This document shows positions 28,781 to 44,895 of a stretch of 64,000 bases of DNA, piece after piece. The DNA comes from the human T2T-CHM13v2.0 reference genome, Homo sapiens, in NCBI RefSeq assembly GCF_009914755.1, contig NC_060926.1; one strand, 5' to 3'. Position 1 is the first letter of the stretch; every line of letters starts with the position of its first letter. Made by a program: the position numbers and the translations under genes. Below the pieces are notes generated by a model that saw only the letters and a list, made by a program, of their open reading frames with translations, searched no databases and was not told the origin of the DNA.

Positions 28781-31429
28781 TGGATAAGCCTACATGTGCA
28801 GGTGAAGAGAGACAGGGATACAGAGCATCCACAGGGCTCACTCTGTGCCAGGCCCATATCAACCCTTCAACAGGCTGAGGATCTACAGCACCTCACGGGG
28901 TAGGCGTAAGCAGTGCTATTTTGCAGTTGAGAAAGCCACCTTTAGAGAAATGAAGTAACCTCCAAAGGATGCTCGGCTAAGAAGTGAGGAGCCAGGAGAG
29001 TCTAATGCCAAGGATTGTCTTCCTCCTACTTCACCACCCTGCCCTATTCACTCTTCACCCATTCCAGTAATCACCACTGGAGTTTTAGATACTTTATGGT
29101 ACTTCTACTTACTAATGAAAACCCAAGAATAATTTAAGCCAGCATTTCTCAAATGTTATTTGGAGAACAGTCTACCTGCAAGATGCTCTATAGACAAAAC
29201 AGATTCCACATCTTAGGGAGTTCAGCAAACAAGAAGAGAGAAAGCAAGTTTCTTGCACCATTTTCACTGATCTTTTCTTTGGAGATGACATGTGCCAATC
29301 ACTGCCTTTGAGACAGGGAACTTCAATATGCCAGTTCTCCATAGAACAGGGTTGGGAGGGATGGACAGAGGGAGAGATGAAGAGAAAGATACCAAGAGAG
29401 GGAAAGAGAGTGTACTTGATGAACACTGAAATATCATAAAAATACTGAGGTTATTAGAATATATGGCACCACAGGATGACACTACAGTTTTTCCCTAAGG
29501 AAGAAACAACATAGAGAACTGGCAGAGGAACTGGGGCTCTCCTGGTCCTAGCACACTGCATTTCCTGCAGGGCTGTTCAGTAACCCGGGTGCAGCTCGCC
29601 TCAGCTCCCATGTGTGTTGAACTCTCACCCAAGCCTGGCTTCTGTCTTGCGGCAACCTAAGAATGAAAGAGAGGATTCTTCGTCTTTACTCTTAGCCTGC
29701 ATAACAAAATGGTCTCAGCAGAAACGGAAAAATCAATGGGAAAGTGAGAAAAAAATCACTTCCTAATGAGCTCTTTAATCCTTGAAGAAAACATTCAATC
29801 TCTATTCTGGCGGAGCTAATTTTCAGAAACTGTGAAATTTGGGAAGTGGTTAATAAGTGATTGCTCCAGGGCATGAAATAAGGACCTGGAGGTGTTAACT
29901 GCTTCTAGAAATGTTTACTATTTCTGTTAAGGAGGATTGAAGTAATGAATAATGAAAAGTTATGAGCTGGAATGTGTTCAAGGGAGGAGAGAGATCATCT
30001 AGCTTCACCAGTTAATCCATCCTTGGCTGGACCCATTATTAACTGATCAGTAATATTAATAACCATGAACCGCATCCAGTCACCTCTGCTTGATGACTGA
30101 TTTCCCCCCACTCCTTCTGCTTCTGACCACAGAAGCTGATGACCAGTGGTAGCCAGGGTGCATCAGACATACGCATGCTTACCTTTATTTGGTGCCTTGA
30201 GGAGCTGGGAGATAAAATAACACCTTTTCTGTCTTTCTACCTGGTCACTCAAGTACTGCATCCTTTTATAGAGGACACGTGCCAAGGCCACGAGATCTGG
30301 GGTTATAAGACCTGTATTCAAATCCTGCACTTGTAGCACACTAGCTCTGAGACTTTGGCAAGTTCCTTGACTCCAAGTCTTAGTTTCTTTATCTGTAAAA
30401 GCCTACAATAATAGCACCTACTTTACAGAGCTATGAAAATTCATTGAGACAACACATACAAAGTGCTCAGCATAAGCTGGCCCATAGCAAAAACTGCCGT
30501 CTTTTGATGTAAGAAGCTTTGTAAAATACCTCACTTCTTGCAATGTGAGGTCCCTGCTCACAGTCTAAACACAAAATCGGCCCACCCAGGTAAACTACAT
30601 GGAATATTACGTAGCTGATAAAAGCACAACTCCCAAGCAGAATGAATCAAGTAAGGAAGGGGACTTGGGAGCCTTGTGTCAGAGCATGGAGCCTCTCATC
30701 GTCCCAGAGCTTCTCCCTTTAAAATCCCCTACCCGATGCTCTCTATTCTTTAACCTCTGGAAGGCAGACTGAGTATTCTTTAACAAGGGTCATTTCTGCA
30801 GTGTATAAAAACGTAAGTATAATAGGTTGATTCATTCTGAAAAGGAGCGGAGGTGAAAAAGAGAAAATAAGGATTTTCTCTTAGATGAATGGTGGTCAAC
30901 AAAACTTCTAATGGGAGACAATAAGTGAAGAATCAAGCATTAAAAATGTGGAGGAGATTTAGAACTTTCTCTAAGTGGTGTTTTGGGTGACCCAGTTTTT
31001 CCAGAAAGCCCCTGAAGTAATCTGATTTCCACTTTAAGTGCTACTAGGGAAGACGTAACTAGGCTCACTGAAATGTTAAGAGCTCACACTGTAAAATCAA
31101 AGAGGGTATCTTAAATATTTAATATCAGGAAACCTTTATAGATGAAAGTCCCTCTAATTACCTTCTACTACAAGTAAATATGGATTTCCTGAGGACTTAA
31201 GAAACTTTTTAGACTGTACTTTAGTAGAAATTGAAATGGATATTTTGGAAAAACAACAGCAAAATGCTCCATCGTGTGCAATACTCTACATTCTAGGCTG
31301 GAGTCCAAAGGGAGTTCGGGGACAGTAGCTGGGGAAGGAGGGGTGGCGTAAGTAACTGGGTGAGTATTGGTGCCATTTGCTGCTAAGGAACGATGGGTTG
31401 AGAACTAAATGGGCAAGGGCAATACATAT

Positions 31430-31724
31430 ATTTATTTACTGAGACAGGGTCTTGCTCTGTTCCCCAGGCTGGAAAGCAGTGATGTGATCAGGGCTCACTG
31501 CATCTCAACATCCTGGGCTCAAGTGAACCCCCGACCTCAGACTCCCAAACAGCTGGGACCACAGGTGAGCACCACCATGCCTGGCTAATTTTTAAACATT
31601 TTTTTGTAGAGACAGGGTCTCGCTATGTTGCCGAGGATCATCTTGAACTCCCAGGCTCAAGCCATCCTCCTGCCTCAGCTTCCCAAAGTGCTGGAATTAC
31701 AGGTGTGTGCCATGGTGCCTTGGC
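31430..31724 (-). mobile_element. Alu (AluJ-like)
   Basis: Reverse dimeric Alu. Confidence 0.88.
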
Positions 31725-33948
31725 ATAAATGAGTTTCATCTATGCAACTAGAATTTAGTAGGCAACCAAGTTAAGACGTAATGTGAACAGACAGGTATGA
31801 GTTAGAAACTCAGGAGAAAAGAAGATGGAAATATAAATTTGTTATTCTTCATGTTTTTTTTCCAAAATAAAGTCTCAAATGTCTAAATTCATAACCATAA
31901 AACATTTGTAACAACTATGACTTGGAGATTCCTATTCCATTCCTATTCCTATCCCAGGAAATTACCTTTAGAAATTTACTGATGCAAATATTGAAAAACC
32001 TATGTACAAGAATACTCACTGCAGTGTTGTTATAGGAAAAAAGCAGATGGCTTTCCATAGGATAGCATGATACATTTGTATTATGGAATATTATGTGGCT
32101 GATAAAAGGATCAAGTAAATCCTTATGAATTGGCACAAAAAGTTGTCCACTCTCTAATGAAAGCAGATTATAGAACAGAAACTACAGTACAATCCTATGT
32201 ATGTAAAAAGTTTCATAGACATATTTTACATATACCTAGAAAGGTTCTCAAATGACAAACTTGATACTTAATAGGGAATTTTATCCTAGGAAATAGGATT
32301 TTAGGGGAACTTTTGCTTTCTGCCATATTTATTGTACATGGAGGTATACTGAGGATTTTGCAATGAGCATGAAATATAAATCTACTAAAAATGATTTTAA
32401 GGCTTCTCTTTTTCTTAATAGAAAAGTTTCTACCCTTGAAGTACTTCTACTTTATGGGGCATAAATCAGAAGGGTTTTCTTCTCTTCTAGTTTTCACTCT
32501 CTTTTTGTTATCAAGCAAATATTCTCAGAGCTCTTAATGATATCTTGGGGAAAACAGTCAAGAAGGCAGATAAACTGAATGACAATGTTTTGGCAAAGTG
32601 ACCAAGAATAGTGAGGCGTGGCTGAGGCCCAGGAAGCATCCGACAGGTGGCACCCTGGGCCCTGTGAGTTTGGACACAGCAGCTCGAGCTGGGCCACTCC
32701 TGCAGGTCAGAGTGAGGAAACAGGCAGAAAATGACGGACAGTCTGTGGAAATGGAAACAATCAGCCACTTGGGGACACCACAAATGGCGGTACTTTCTTC
32801 ACAGCCCTGTCAAGACAATCCTTCCCTATCTTATCATGATAAGCTGGGTTTTGGCCAAGGCAAGAAAACAGGGAACTTATGACACTCTCATGCCCTGCTG
32901 CATGGCCCAGAACAGAGTCGCATCCAGTTCCAGGTTCCTCAGTGAAACCTGATGACAGGCATGGAAAGGAGGGTGAGAAGGGTGAGCTAAGCTGTTCGCC
33001 GTGTTTACTTGTGAGGGAATGAGAACAGGAGTGAGCAGCGGACTTTCTTTTTCTGGTCCGAATTAGGTACAGATCAGTCAGGGTGGAGAGTAAACAGATA
33101 AGACATCAAATTGGGCCATTTAAGCAGAATTTGATGAAGGACCAGTTGTAAAGCATAGACAGGATACAGAGAAACATGATGGACAGTACCCTGGACAAGA
33201 AACGGTGGGCACCATGGCTAGCCTTGGGCTGGGAGGGAGGAAGAGAGGCGTGGTGACCCAGAGAGAAAGAGCTCTTGGGCACACCCCCTGGCAGAAGCTG
33301 AAACCTTTGGTAGAGGAATGCAGCTGGCCCATGACTCTGTAAGGGGGGGCTTGGGAAGTTAGTACCCTGACCCCTTTCTCCTCTGTCCTTCCTATCGCCT
33401 GCAGACTCCCAGCAGCAAACCCAGCAAGAAGAGAGAGGGCAAGGGGGCCCAGAGCAGGGTGGAAGCGGGTAAAGAAGAGAGGCATGAATCGGGGAAAGTG
33501 GAGGGAAGATACCAACACACTGTGGGGGTTCTGTAGGGTTTAAATCTTTGACAATAAGAATGTATTTGTGCATTATTTTCTATAAAACACACATGTATAT
33601 TCCTAGGCAAATCAGTTTCCAAATGAAAAGCTACCCTGACATGTAACTCTCTGGGAATAGCCTGTTTACTCAAGAAATTCATGTTATATTTCTGTAAAAA
33701 CAAACATTTTAAAATCTTCCATAGGAATGTTAATGGAATCCTTGCATTTTAATCTTGAACTATTAACTTGTTTTTTTTTTCAGCAAGAGAAACATACAGT
33801 AAATGAGGGCCCCCTCACTTTTTATTTTATTTTTTTATGGACTATAAAGTGTGTACAAAAGATTGACCTAAAATAAAATCACTTCATTGAAACACTAACA
33901 CGGCCACCGGCTCATATCCCAGGCAAAGTGATTTTAGAAGTTCATTTG

Positions 33949-34242
<294 letters not shown>

Positions 34243-35055
34243 TCAAATTCAGAAATAATTTTTCTGAAATCCTACCATTAATATTTTTTACTGAAGATCC
34301 TCTGAGACCTATCTCTATTGACGTGTGAATATAAAGAAAAGAATTTTACATAAGCGAGATTGATATCTGCTGTTTTATATCTCGTTTTCTGAAATCAATC
34401 ATATATTGCATAATCTTTCCATTTATATAAATCTAAGTCTCATGATCACATACGTTCCACTGTATATTTGTATTTGGCTTCTATTTATTTGTCATTGTGT
34501 GCTTATGTTCACAGTATAAATTCCCTGGAGCGGGACTGCTGGAGCCAGGACCCCGAGGAAGTCCTCGGACCACAGATCCCTGCCACGAACAGTGCCCAAG
34601 GGTCCTGCTTCCTCCCCACCAAAGCCACCGAAGGATTTTACCAATGTTTTTAATTTTTGCTGATCTGCTAAGTAAAAAAAGAAATCCAATTTTTAATTTG
34701 GTAATGTAAGACTGCTAATGAGTTGCTGTGTTTAATGCTCACTTATACTCATTTCATGAATTGTCCTTTCATCTTTAAGTTTTCAACCAAAAAGCCTACT
34801 ACACACGCCATGCATTAATACTTTTTGTACATAACTTATGCATATATTATGCATATTATGCTATGCATGGTAACTTTTGTACATAACACAGATTTACATG
34901 AGCTTTATAAAAATCCTGCCTCTCAGCACCCTGCTCTGTTCCCCAGTTTTTTAAAAGATGAAAAGTTAGATTTGCTCTGGAATTAAGTTAAAGCACTCAA
35001 GGGCCTTTCTGCCGCCAGCACATCCTAGAACAGGCTTCGCTGAGCATGAACTCAC

Positions 35056-35253
35056 CACACCGGAACACGGAGAGCTGGGCCAGCATTGGCACTTGATAGG
35101 ATTTCCCGTCGGCTGCCACGAAAGTGCGTTTCTTTGTGTTCTCGGGTTGGAACCGTGATTTCCACAGACCCTTGAAATACACTGCGTTGACGAGGACCAG
35201 TCTGGTGAGCACACCATCAATAAGATCTGGGGACAGCAGATTGTCAATCATAT
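35056..35253 (-). CDS. SERPINE2: SERPINE2 exon 4
   Basis: Acceptor ttcacag|; DMIDNLLSP...[17 protein letters not shown]...[12 protein letters not shown] (conserved serpin motif); donor G|GTGAGT; 198 nt. Confidence 0.97.
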
Positions 35254-35899
35254 CTGTGAAGCCAAAGAACAAACAAGGGAAAAATAACCTCAGGACTGGT
35301 GGCCGGCTTGAGGGCAAATGGCAGCTGTCATCAGGTAGACTGAAAAATCAAAGGATTTTTAAGGAGTGTTAAAGAGAATCTTCTTAAACTACCCTTTTGT
35401 ACTTTCTAGGTTCCCCTCCCCCACTAAATATTAAAGTTAAAAAGAAGTTAAAAGAGAAACAGAAAAGACTTTAGAAACCCCTAGCTAGGGGTTACAAAAC
35501 CTTTCATCAAGAAATTCTTTTATTATCAATTCCCTGCAAGTCCAGGCTTTAAAAAAATCTTACTCATCCAAATAAGCTATATTTGATAATGAATTATTTC
35601 TTCTTCTTCTTCTTTTCTTTTTTTTGCCAATAAATGACTGATAGTAAGGGTTTCTGGTCAGTACAAGATAAACAATTTTGTTTTGTTTTGCTCCACTTGG
35701 TTTAATTCAATCCCAGTCAAAAATAAACACTTCAGCCTGTATGTTATTAAGGGTGAATGCTTCATTTCTCTTAAGATTTTAGAAACATCAAACATTATTT
35801 TGGACTCTCTGGGTATCACAAGGCCTCCTAACTGCTTAAAGAAGAAAGGAAACAAAAAATCAGTGTCTTTGTTTATGGGTCAGGCATCAAGCAAGGTGC

Positions 35900-36500
<601 letters not shown>

Positions 36501-36552
36501 TTACTTGTATCAGGAGTGAAGGAGTGAACACAATTCTTCTCATTTCAGGATG

Positions 36553-36609
36553 CTTCCAAAATGCTACCCGTGGCTGAAAGAGCCTTCCAAAATCCTACCT
36601 GTGGCTGAA
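36553..36609. repeat. 31-bp tandem duplication
   Basis: cttccaaaat(g/c)ctacc(c/t)gtggctgaa at 36553 and 36584. Confidence 0.85.
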
Positions 36610-36787
36610 GGTTTGGTCTTCCAGTTAGCTTCCTTTTATTATACAGTTATTATACAGTTAGCTTCACAATTATTCTGAGGTCTTTGAAGGTTCAGTTGTG
36701 TGTGTGTCTGTATGTATGTGTGTTTTTAAATAGGGATCAGTAATGCCCAAAGCTATTAAAACTTAGTTCACTGCATTATTAGCTCAA

Positions 36788-36826
<39 letters not shown>

Positions 36827-36836
36827 TATGTGTATA
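36788..36836. repeat. (TG)n microsatellite
   Basis: Seen directly. Confidence 0.9.
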
Positions 36837-39800
36837 AATACATAATATAAATACAAGTTATACTACTTTAAATGGTGAGAGTAAAACCAACAGCTTTTGA
36901 AGAAGCAAGAATATCTAATTCAGGGGTGAGAGTATTAAGTCCTTTTAAATGAAACTCAAGAGGATTCTGATGTACAGTAAACAAGTGTTTACATAAATCA
37001 TGATAAATAAACACTGAAGTTTCCCACAGCGTGCTGCTAAGACAGTTCCATCACCACTCACTACTTCCACAAGGGGGCACTAACGCCACCTTAAGTCAGG
37101 ACAAAGAAGGAAAATATCTAAGCCATAAACAGACATCATTCAACTCAACACAAAGCTGGCTGCAAACAGACTGTCCTGTGGGAGCAAAGTTAGAACTTTA
37201 TGCCATCCCACTAGCAAGCTCATAATTGACTTCCTAATAGTGAATGTTGTTTCTTGCCTCTGCTGGGAACATTACCCAGTTCAATTCCTACTCGCCTTTA
37301 AGACATAGCTCAATGGTCCCCTGGACTTCTAAATCTTCTCTGATCATCCTCGCCACCTCCTAAGAGATGTCTCTGCTCCCGATTTCTGTAAAGCCCAATG
37401 CCTGGCCCCACCATGACACCTGCAGTATTTTATTCTAGCCAATTTTAATGTGTCTGTCTCCCTCAGCTACACTGAGACCTGCATGAGACTCTGCCATTCA
37501 CTTTTTGCTTACTCCTAGCACTACATGGAGCATACAGGCAGTGCTCAATAACTGTCTGTAGAAATGTCCTTAGCCCCTTTTTACAGAGACAAATAATGCC
37601 TCCAACTGCCCCTGGGAGGACTAAGATATAATAAGGGGACATGAAGAAATAAAAAGAAAATGCATAGTTTAGAGGCAAAGAGGCACATGGAAACCTGCCA
37701 TCAGTAACTGCCACAGACATGCATCTATCATCCGTCCGTCCATCCATCCATCCATCCTTGGATACCTACCTGCCTACCATGTGCCTGGTACTCTCTTAAA
37801 TAAGAAACCAAGAAGGAAATCTGGTCTCAAAAACTACGAATGAGAGAGAGGTGCAGGCTGACATAAAATAACTTGGAAAAGTATACAGCTGCAATTTAAA
37901 TAAATATCTGGAAGTGGAATTACTCAAGGCTATGGAGGGCTAAGAAGGTGACCTGACCTAGTTGGTGAGGTCTGAGATGGACAGTACCTCAGAAATGGCT
38001 ATAAAAATAGCTCACACTGGTTGAACATTTACTAAGTGCAGAGTCCTTTGCTAAATGCTTTCTATGTATTATTCACATCCTCACACCAGCCTTAATTGTT
38101 GTTAGAATTATTTGAATAGGTATCACTATTACATCTCTCCATTTTACAGACGAGAATGCTGATGCAAAGCAAGCTTAAATAACTTGCCCAAGGTTATACA
38201 GGTAGTATGTGGCAGAACCGAGATTCAAACTCAGAATGTGTGCTTTTAATGTTCATGCCTGCCACTCATGGTATGGTACAGAAATGAGTTGGCCTTAACC
38301 AGGGAAGAGGGAGAGAAGGCAGCAGGAGTGTATGTGTGCGGTTCTCCAACAGGAGACAGGATGGTGGGTAAGGGGACTAGGAAGAGGCCTGTGTGGCTGG
38401 AACATAGAGTACAAGGATGAGTGAGTCTGCAGAGGTCAACAGGCCAGACCCATCCCTGATGGGTCTCCTCCTGCAAAAGGCCTGCGCGTTGGGCTCTCCC
38501 ACTCTCTGTAGGGAAGGAACTATCATTTCCGTGAGACAGACCCAGCAACCTTCCAGACACAAACAGTTGAGCTCCAAGTCACTTCTGAGCTCTACCATGT
38601 GGTCATGTACCTTTCAGTGGGGGCAGTTCACCCCCAGGTAAAGGCAGTTTGGAATTTGGCAGGGATGTTTTTAATTGAGTGGGCAGTGGCCAGAAATGCT
38701 ATCTGTCCTGCAATGTTCAAAACAGTCCCACCCAATGAAGAATTGTGCTGCTTCTCCCGTGGCTTTTCAATACCCCACCGGATCTCTGCATTGGTAGGAC
38801 ACCTACTTATAATTATCTGAGCCCAGAACCTCGTTCTTTTTCGTGTGTAAACACAGGGTGTTTTGGGTTTTTTGTTTTTGTTTTTGTTTTTGCATCCTTT
38901 TCATGTATGCTGAATTTGCCAGGAATGTGAGTCCCACGCAAATCAAGCAGAGCCTGTGCTTTGTTTTGTTCAGAAATTTATCAAAAGTCTTGCACCGTTT
39001 CAGAAAAAATTGCATCAGCAATAGTTAACACAGCTCATGTTTATGAGTCACCAGGACAACATGCCTGTCTCTGTCTGCTTTTGTAGCTGTCAATTCACAA
39101 TTATTCTGAGACTCTGACTACTTTATTACGTATTTGAGTGTAGTTGTACCCAAGGGTTTACCTATTGAACTACATATATACATTTCTTTTGTTTTCCTTT
39201 GTATTACAGTTTGGCACTGTCTCAAATTTTTAAAAATTTGTGTGTGTGCATAGAGTAATATGATGTATGAATTTCATTTCAGAATAGTAAAGAGAGTATT
39301 AAAAATATTTGTTACAAACGGAGGAGCTGGGGCTGACAGGGCTGCAAAGTGCTGCAGGAGTCTCCATGCTTCTTCCCAGCACACGTGGGGGTTTTCTCCA
39401 GGTGCTCTGAAGACTGTCACATGGTCTAACTAATGTGGTTTAATATTGCCATTCTACAGATCAAGGCAGCGGCTAAGAGGACAAAATGACATGTCACAGT
39501 CACACAGCCTCCAGCCACAGAGTCAGGACCAAGAACCAGTCCTGAGGGCGTCTGCTTCTGACCACTCTTCACAAGCCTACAGATGCCAGACACCTGGAGA
39601 CTCCACTGAACACCCTCATGTGTGCTGACCTCCCGATGGTTTATGGTTTTAGGAAGGGCGCCCAGACTGCATGGTCCAGGCCCCACTGAGAAGGGACGCC
39701 ACGAATTTACCCAAGTCACCTGGGGTCTCCTCCACCCTCCCTGGAGCCTTCTTTGTCCACCTCTTCACTAGTTCTGCTAATGGGTCTCCAACATCTGGGT

Positions 39801-40048
39801 GTGTAAGAATGGTGATGGGAGGCAGAGGCAGACTGGGAGTTGCCAGCCACTCCCTCGGCGATTCCAATGCAGTGGGCTGGGCTCCAGGGATCTGCCTTCT
39901 CAACACATAGCCCAGATAATTCTGATGCAGGGACACCAGTAACCACACTTTTAAGAAACATAGCCTGAAAGGCGACAGTTTCCCTAGGTTTTGTCTTTGG
40001 GCTTCTTCTTCCTATTGACTCTCTCCCTTCTATGAAAAAAGGCTCTAT

Positions 40049-40780
<732 letters not shown>

Positions 40781-41368
40781 TAAGTTTTAAAACACCAACG
40801 TTAGACTCTCCTTTATTTAATGGGAGAAGAGACACTTACAAATGAGTAATCATTTTGAGATGTGGAAAGGGCTGTAATCGGGGGGGTGTAAAAGTTGTAA
40901 TCATGTGCCAATCATAACGGACAACAGGGTACCTATGTCTTTGGCAATGGCAGAAGCAAGAGGCATGGAAGGCAAAGAGATCAATCAACCTGGAAGGATG
41001 AGGAGGACATTCCAGGTAAAGGGAGAGGCAGATGCAAAAGCAGGAAGGAATGAGCAAGAAAACCTTCAAAATCAACAAGAGCCTGTGGGCAAGGATGCTG
41101 GAGACCAGATATGGCAAGGAGAGGAGACAGTGGAGGGGCTGGATTCTGTTCTGTTGCCCAAACTACAGGAGAAACACCTCCCAGGAGCACAGTGAGCAAT
41201 GGCAGATTGAAGGGGAAGGAGGGAGACTGAATAGAGCTTCCTTGGTCCAGGAGTTTCTCAACCCACAGGCCATTGAATTGGACTTGCAGACACCACTTTG
41301 AACCCTGGAGTCTAACTCATGCTTCATTCACAAACTATGCAATCAAATGACATACTGCGGCCACTCAC

Positions 41369-41596
41369 CCCTGGTTTCATTTTTAACCCATGCATTGATG
41401 GAATCACAGGCAGAGGCTGGATCCTCAAAGTTCACATTCCGGACCTCACACTGGAACACATCTTTGTTCCTTGTAACAAAAGGCACTTCAATTTCAGAGG
41501 CATTCTTAACAAACACGGCGTTAGCCACTGTCACAATGTCTTTATTCTTCTTGGAGACGATGGCCTTGTTGATCTTCTTTAATATTTTACCAACTC
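41369..41596 (-). CDS. SERPINE2: SERPINE2 exon 3 (lysine-rich heparin-binding helix D)
   Basis: Acceptor ctcttttag|; GVGKILKKINKAIVSKKNKD...INAWVKNETR; donor G|GTGAGT; 228 nt. Confidence 0.97.
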
Positions 41597-41689
41597 CTAA
41601 AAGAGAAATCAGAAGATACAGCAATACTTCCATAAGAATCTAGAAAAGTTTTTAAAATCTTTTATGTTGCAGCAAGTAAGAACAGTATA

Positions 41690-41982
41690 GGCCAGGTGCA
41701 GTGGCTCACACCTGTAATCCCAGCAATTTGAGAGGCTGAGGTGGGTGGATTGCTTGAGCTCAGGAGTTTAAGAACAACCTGGGTAATATGACAAAACCCT
41801 GTCTCTACCAAAAATACAAAATTAACTGGGTGTGGTGGCACGCCTGTGATACCAACTACTTGAGGAGGCTGAGGTGGGAGGATCGCTGGAGCCTGGGAAG
41901 TCGAGGCTGCAGTAAGCCATGATCGGGCCCCTGCATACAGCCTGGGTGACTAAGCAAGACCCTGTCTCAAAAATAAAAATAA
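41690..41982 (+). mobile_element. Alu (AluJ-like)
   Basis: Full-length Alu; TSD agaacagtata. Confidence 0.9.
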
Positions 41983-43749
41983 CAGAACAGTATAAACAGG
42001 ATAGCTATGAGTAGCAAGAAACTAAGTCTTCTGTTCTCTCAGGGGCCTATTTCTTAAGAAAAGGAGGGAGTGGGGTTAAAGTCTAACCACTGAAGCTCTC
42101 AAAAATCAACTGTGCTTCTGCATCAAAACAGGAATATTCAAGGTGTTCTCACCACCTTCCCAATGCAGACCTCATTCTCATGGTAGCCTTTCTGGGCACC
42201 AGGTCAGTATGAATGCTGGCACAGTCCTCAGTTCTATAGCCAAGGGGGAACAAATCAAAGGGAACTTCCTAATGCTTTCTCTCTTTCTTGTCTAACGTTA
42301 TTAAGTGCTACTTCCTTTCTTGCCAAAGATTTAACAATGTAATTTCTTTTTTTCTATTTTGGAAAAAAAATGAATAAAATAAGCATTAGAAAGACTATAA
42401 AAAATTACCATGGGCCACCATCCAGAACAATGTGGTTTTTACTTGGTAACAAGCTCAAAGAGTAAGGAGATTAATTTTATGGCAACGTAAGCTTTATTTT
42501 ACATGAGCCATTCATACATGCTCCATTTAGTTTGAGAGGGTGAAAAAGAGGCAAATAAGTTATAAGGATGAAATGTGTTTCTAAAGAGAGCTCAAATTAC
42601 AGATCCTTCTTCATCGCTTGGGGTCTCTTCAAAATGGCACTGTCCTAAAACATCCTGCCAGAGTCACCTTGATGGTCCTCTAAAGAGCCGATTTGTCACT
42701 CTGAATGTGCGTCCTCTTCAGGCCTTTTACACGGGGGAGGGGGGCAGTCTTCTCAGGGCCCACAAACAGGGGCGTGTGTAGGGCTTTACAACGTGCATGG
42801 CCCTCTCTTAGATGCCCATGACCACACCTTACAATTGTTCTATGGTGCAGGCCCATTCTACAAGTAAGAAAACGGCCGGCTTTGGAGGCTGAAAGACAAT
42901 TCCAAGGCCAACTGCCAGCTCCTGGCCCTTTTGGGGTAGGGGTGAGGCAGTGGTGGATGGCCAACGGGCCAATATTCTTAGAACTTCAGAAATAATGGCT
43001 TAAAATCAGTGTGGCTCAGCATTAAAACAAACAACAAAAGTCCAGTTGCTATTTTGGAACTGTCTCGGCCGACACAGCCTGGATCACACTAGGAAAGGTC
43101 ATAAATTTTAGCAGTGATCCACCATGAAGTTATAAATCACCAGGAGTTTTCTGAACTTCCAAGCAAGGGGCAGAAGAGTGTGTTCCAAGTATTTAGTCCT
43201 TCCATGCTTCCAACAGGTGAACAAACTGCAAACTCGTACAGAAGTGTAATGCTGCATCAACAGAGCAGTGAGATTAGGCATTTGGTGCTGGCAGCCCTGG
43301 AGGCCACGCTGAGCAGAGTCGGAGGCGGGTGCAGAGCGAGGCACTGAAGGACACAAATCGCCACCTCACTGATCTTACTCTCCAGCTGACGACGCCAGTG
43401 CAGTCAAGATTCTCAGAACTTTCGGGCCAGCCTGGGTGGAAGAACACGGGCAGGAAGACTCCCTTGTTTCCAACGAAGGGAGCAGACCTAGATGTGAATG
43501 TGACTTTTGCAAGGTCACAGAGGGTGCTGGTGGCCAGGAAGAGGGGGGGAGCCAGTCCTGCTCCCCTGAGCACTGCATTTATGGAGACAGCAGGTGGGAC
43601 ATGGCTCTGGGCAAGACCCCTCAGCTGAAGTAAAACAGTGCCAGAGGATGAAGCTCGTGCAGTTAAATGGGTCATTTAAGAAAGGTTTTTCTTTAACTCA
43701 AACTAAATCTTTTTCATTGGGCCTTACTTTAAAACAATTTTTTTAGCTC

Positions 43750-44219
43750 GCTCTCTCTCTCTACGTATCTATCTATCTATCTGTATCTTTTCTTTAAGCT
43801 CTGGGATACATGTGCAGAACGTGTAGGTTTATTACATAGGTACACATGTGTCGTGGTGGTTTGCTGCACCCATCAACCTGTCATCTAGGTTTTAAGCCCC
43901 ACATGCATTAGGTATCTGTCCTAATGCTTTCCCTCCCCTTGCCTTCCACCCCTCGACAGGCCCCAGTGTGTGATGTTCCCCTCCCTGTGTCCATGTGTTC
44001 TCATTGTTCAACTCCCACTTTTGAGTGAGAACATGCCGTGTTTGGTTTTCTGTTCCTGCGTTTGCTGAGAATGATGGTTTCCAGCTTCATCCATGTCCCT
44101 GCAAGGACATGAACTCACTCTTTTTTATGGCTGCATAGTATTCCATGGTGTATATGTGCCATATTTTCTTTATCCAGTCTATCATTGATGGACATTCGGG
44201 TTGGTTCCAAGTCTTTGCT
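43750..44219 (-). mobile_element. L1PA 3' end fragment; tail decayed to (CT)n/(CTAT)n
   Basis: gatacatgtgcagaacgtg..ggtttgctgcacccatcaacc..tgtgtccatgtgttctcattgttcaactcccactt. Confidence 0.88.
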
Positions 44220-44895
44220 TAGCTTTATATTTTGAAATAATTATAGATTTACAGGAAGTGGCAAAACAATATGCAAGGAAGTCCCACGTGCCTTTCACCC
44301 AGTCTTCCCAGTGGTACCGTCGTTGCATCAGGAAATTTCCATCAGGTCAGTCCACAGGGTGCATTCAGATTTCACTCATTTTCCATACACTCCTGTTGTG
44401 GGCTTGGGGAGGGGGGTCTGTGCAACTTTATCATTTGTGCAGATTTGTGTGGCCACCACCACAATCAAGACCCAGGATGGCTCCATCACTACGAGGCCCC
44501 TGGGCCCTCCACAGCCACCCCTTCCCAGCTCCTCTCACAGGCTTCACAAGCACATCTACGATCACAGCGCAACTCAACCCTGGGCGCCATGGAGGCGGTA
44601 AGCCAGGAAGTGTCCCCCTCGCTGGAACGAGGGCTGGAGCCCTGGGAAAGGAGACCTAGTGGCAGACCCCAAGCTCCAAAAGTACAAAAAAGGGACCAGA
44701 GTCTAGTTCTCCTAACTGCCAGCACCACAGTGTTTGTTCTTTAGAAGAGACTGACCCCAAGCCCCAAGTGGCACCAGCAAATCCCCTTCTGGCTGCTCTG
44801 CTTCTTGGGGTTGTCAGCAAAAACCAAGCCATAAACCCTCCTGTCACAAGACTCTCAGGCAAAGGCTCCGCCAGTGAGCAATTGTGCACACGCAC

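Noticed and set aside
33106-33703. Cluster of 100-155 aa minus-strand ORFs in SERPINE2 intron 4
   Set aside because: No recognisable domain; overlapping frames in a purine-skewed, probably old LTR-derived segment.
36663-39110. 17-bp match ttcacaattattctgag at 36663 and 39094
   Set aside because: Short, AT-rich and without extended homology; cannot be distinguished from chance.
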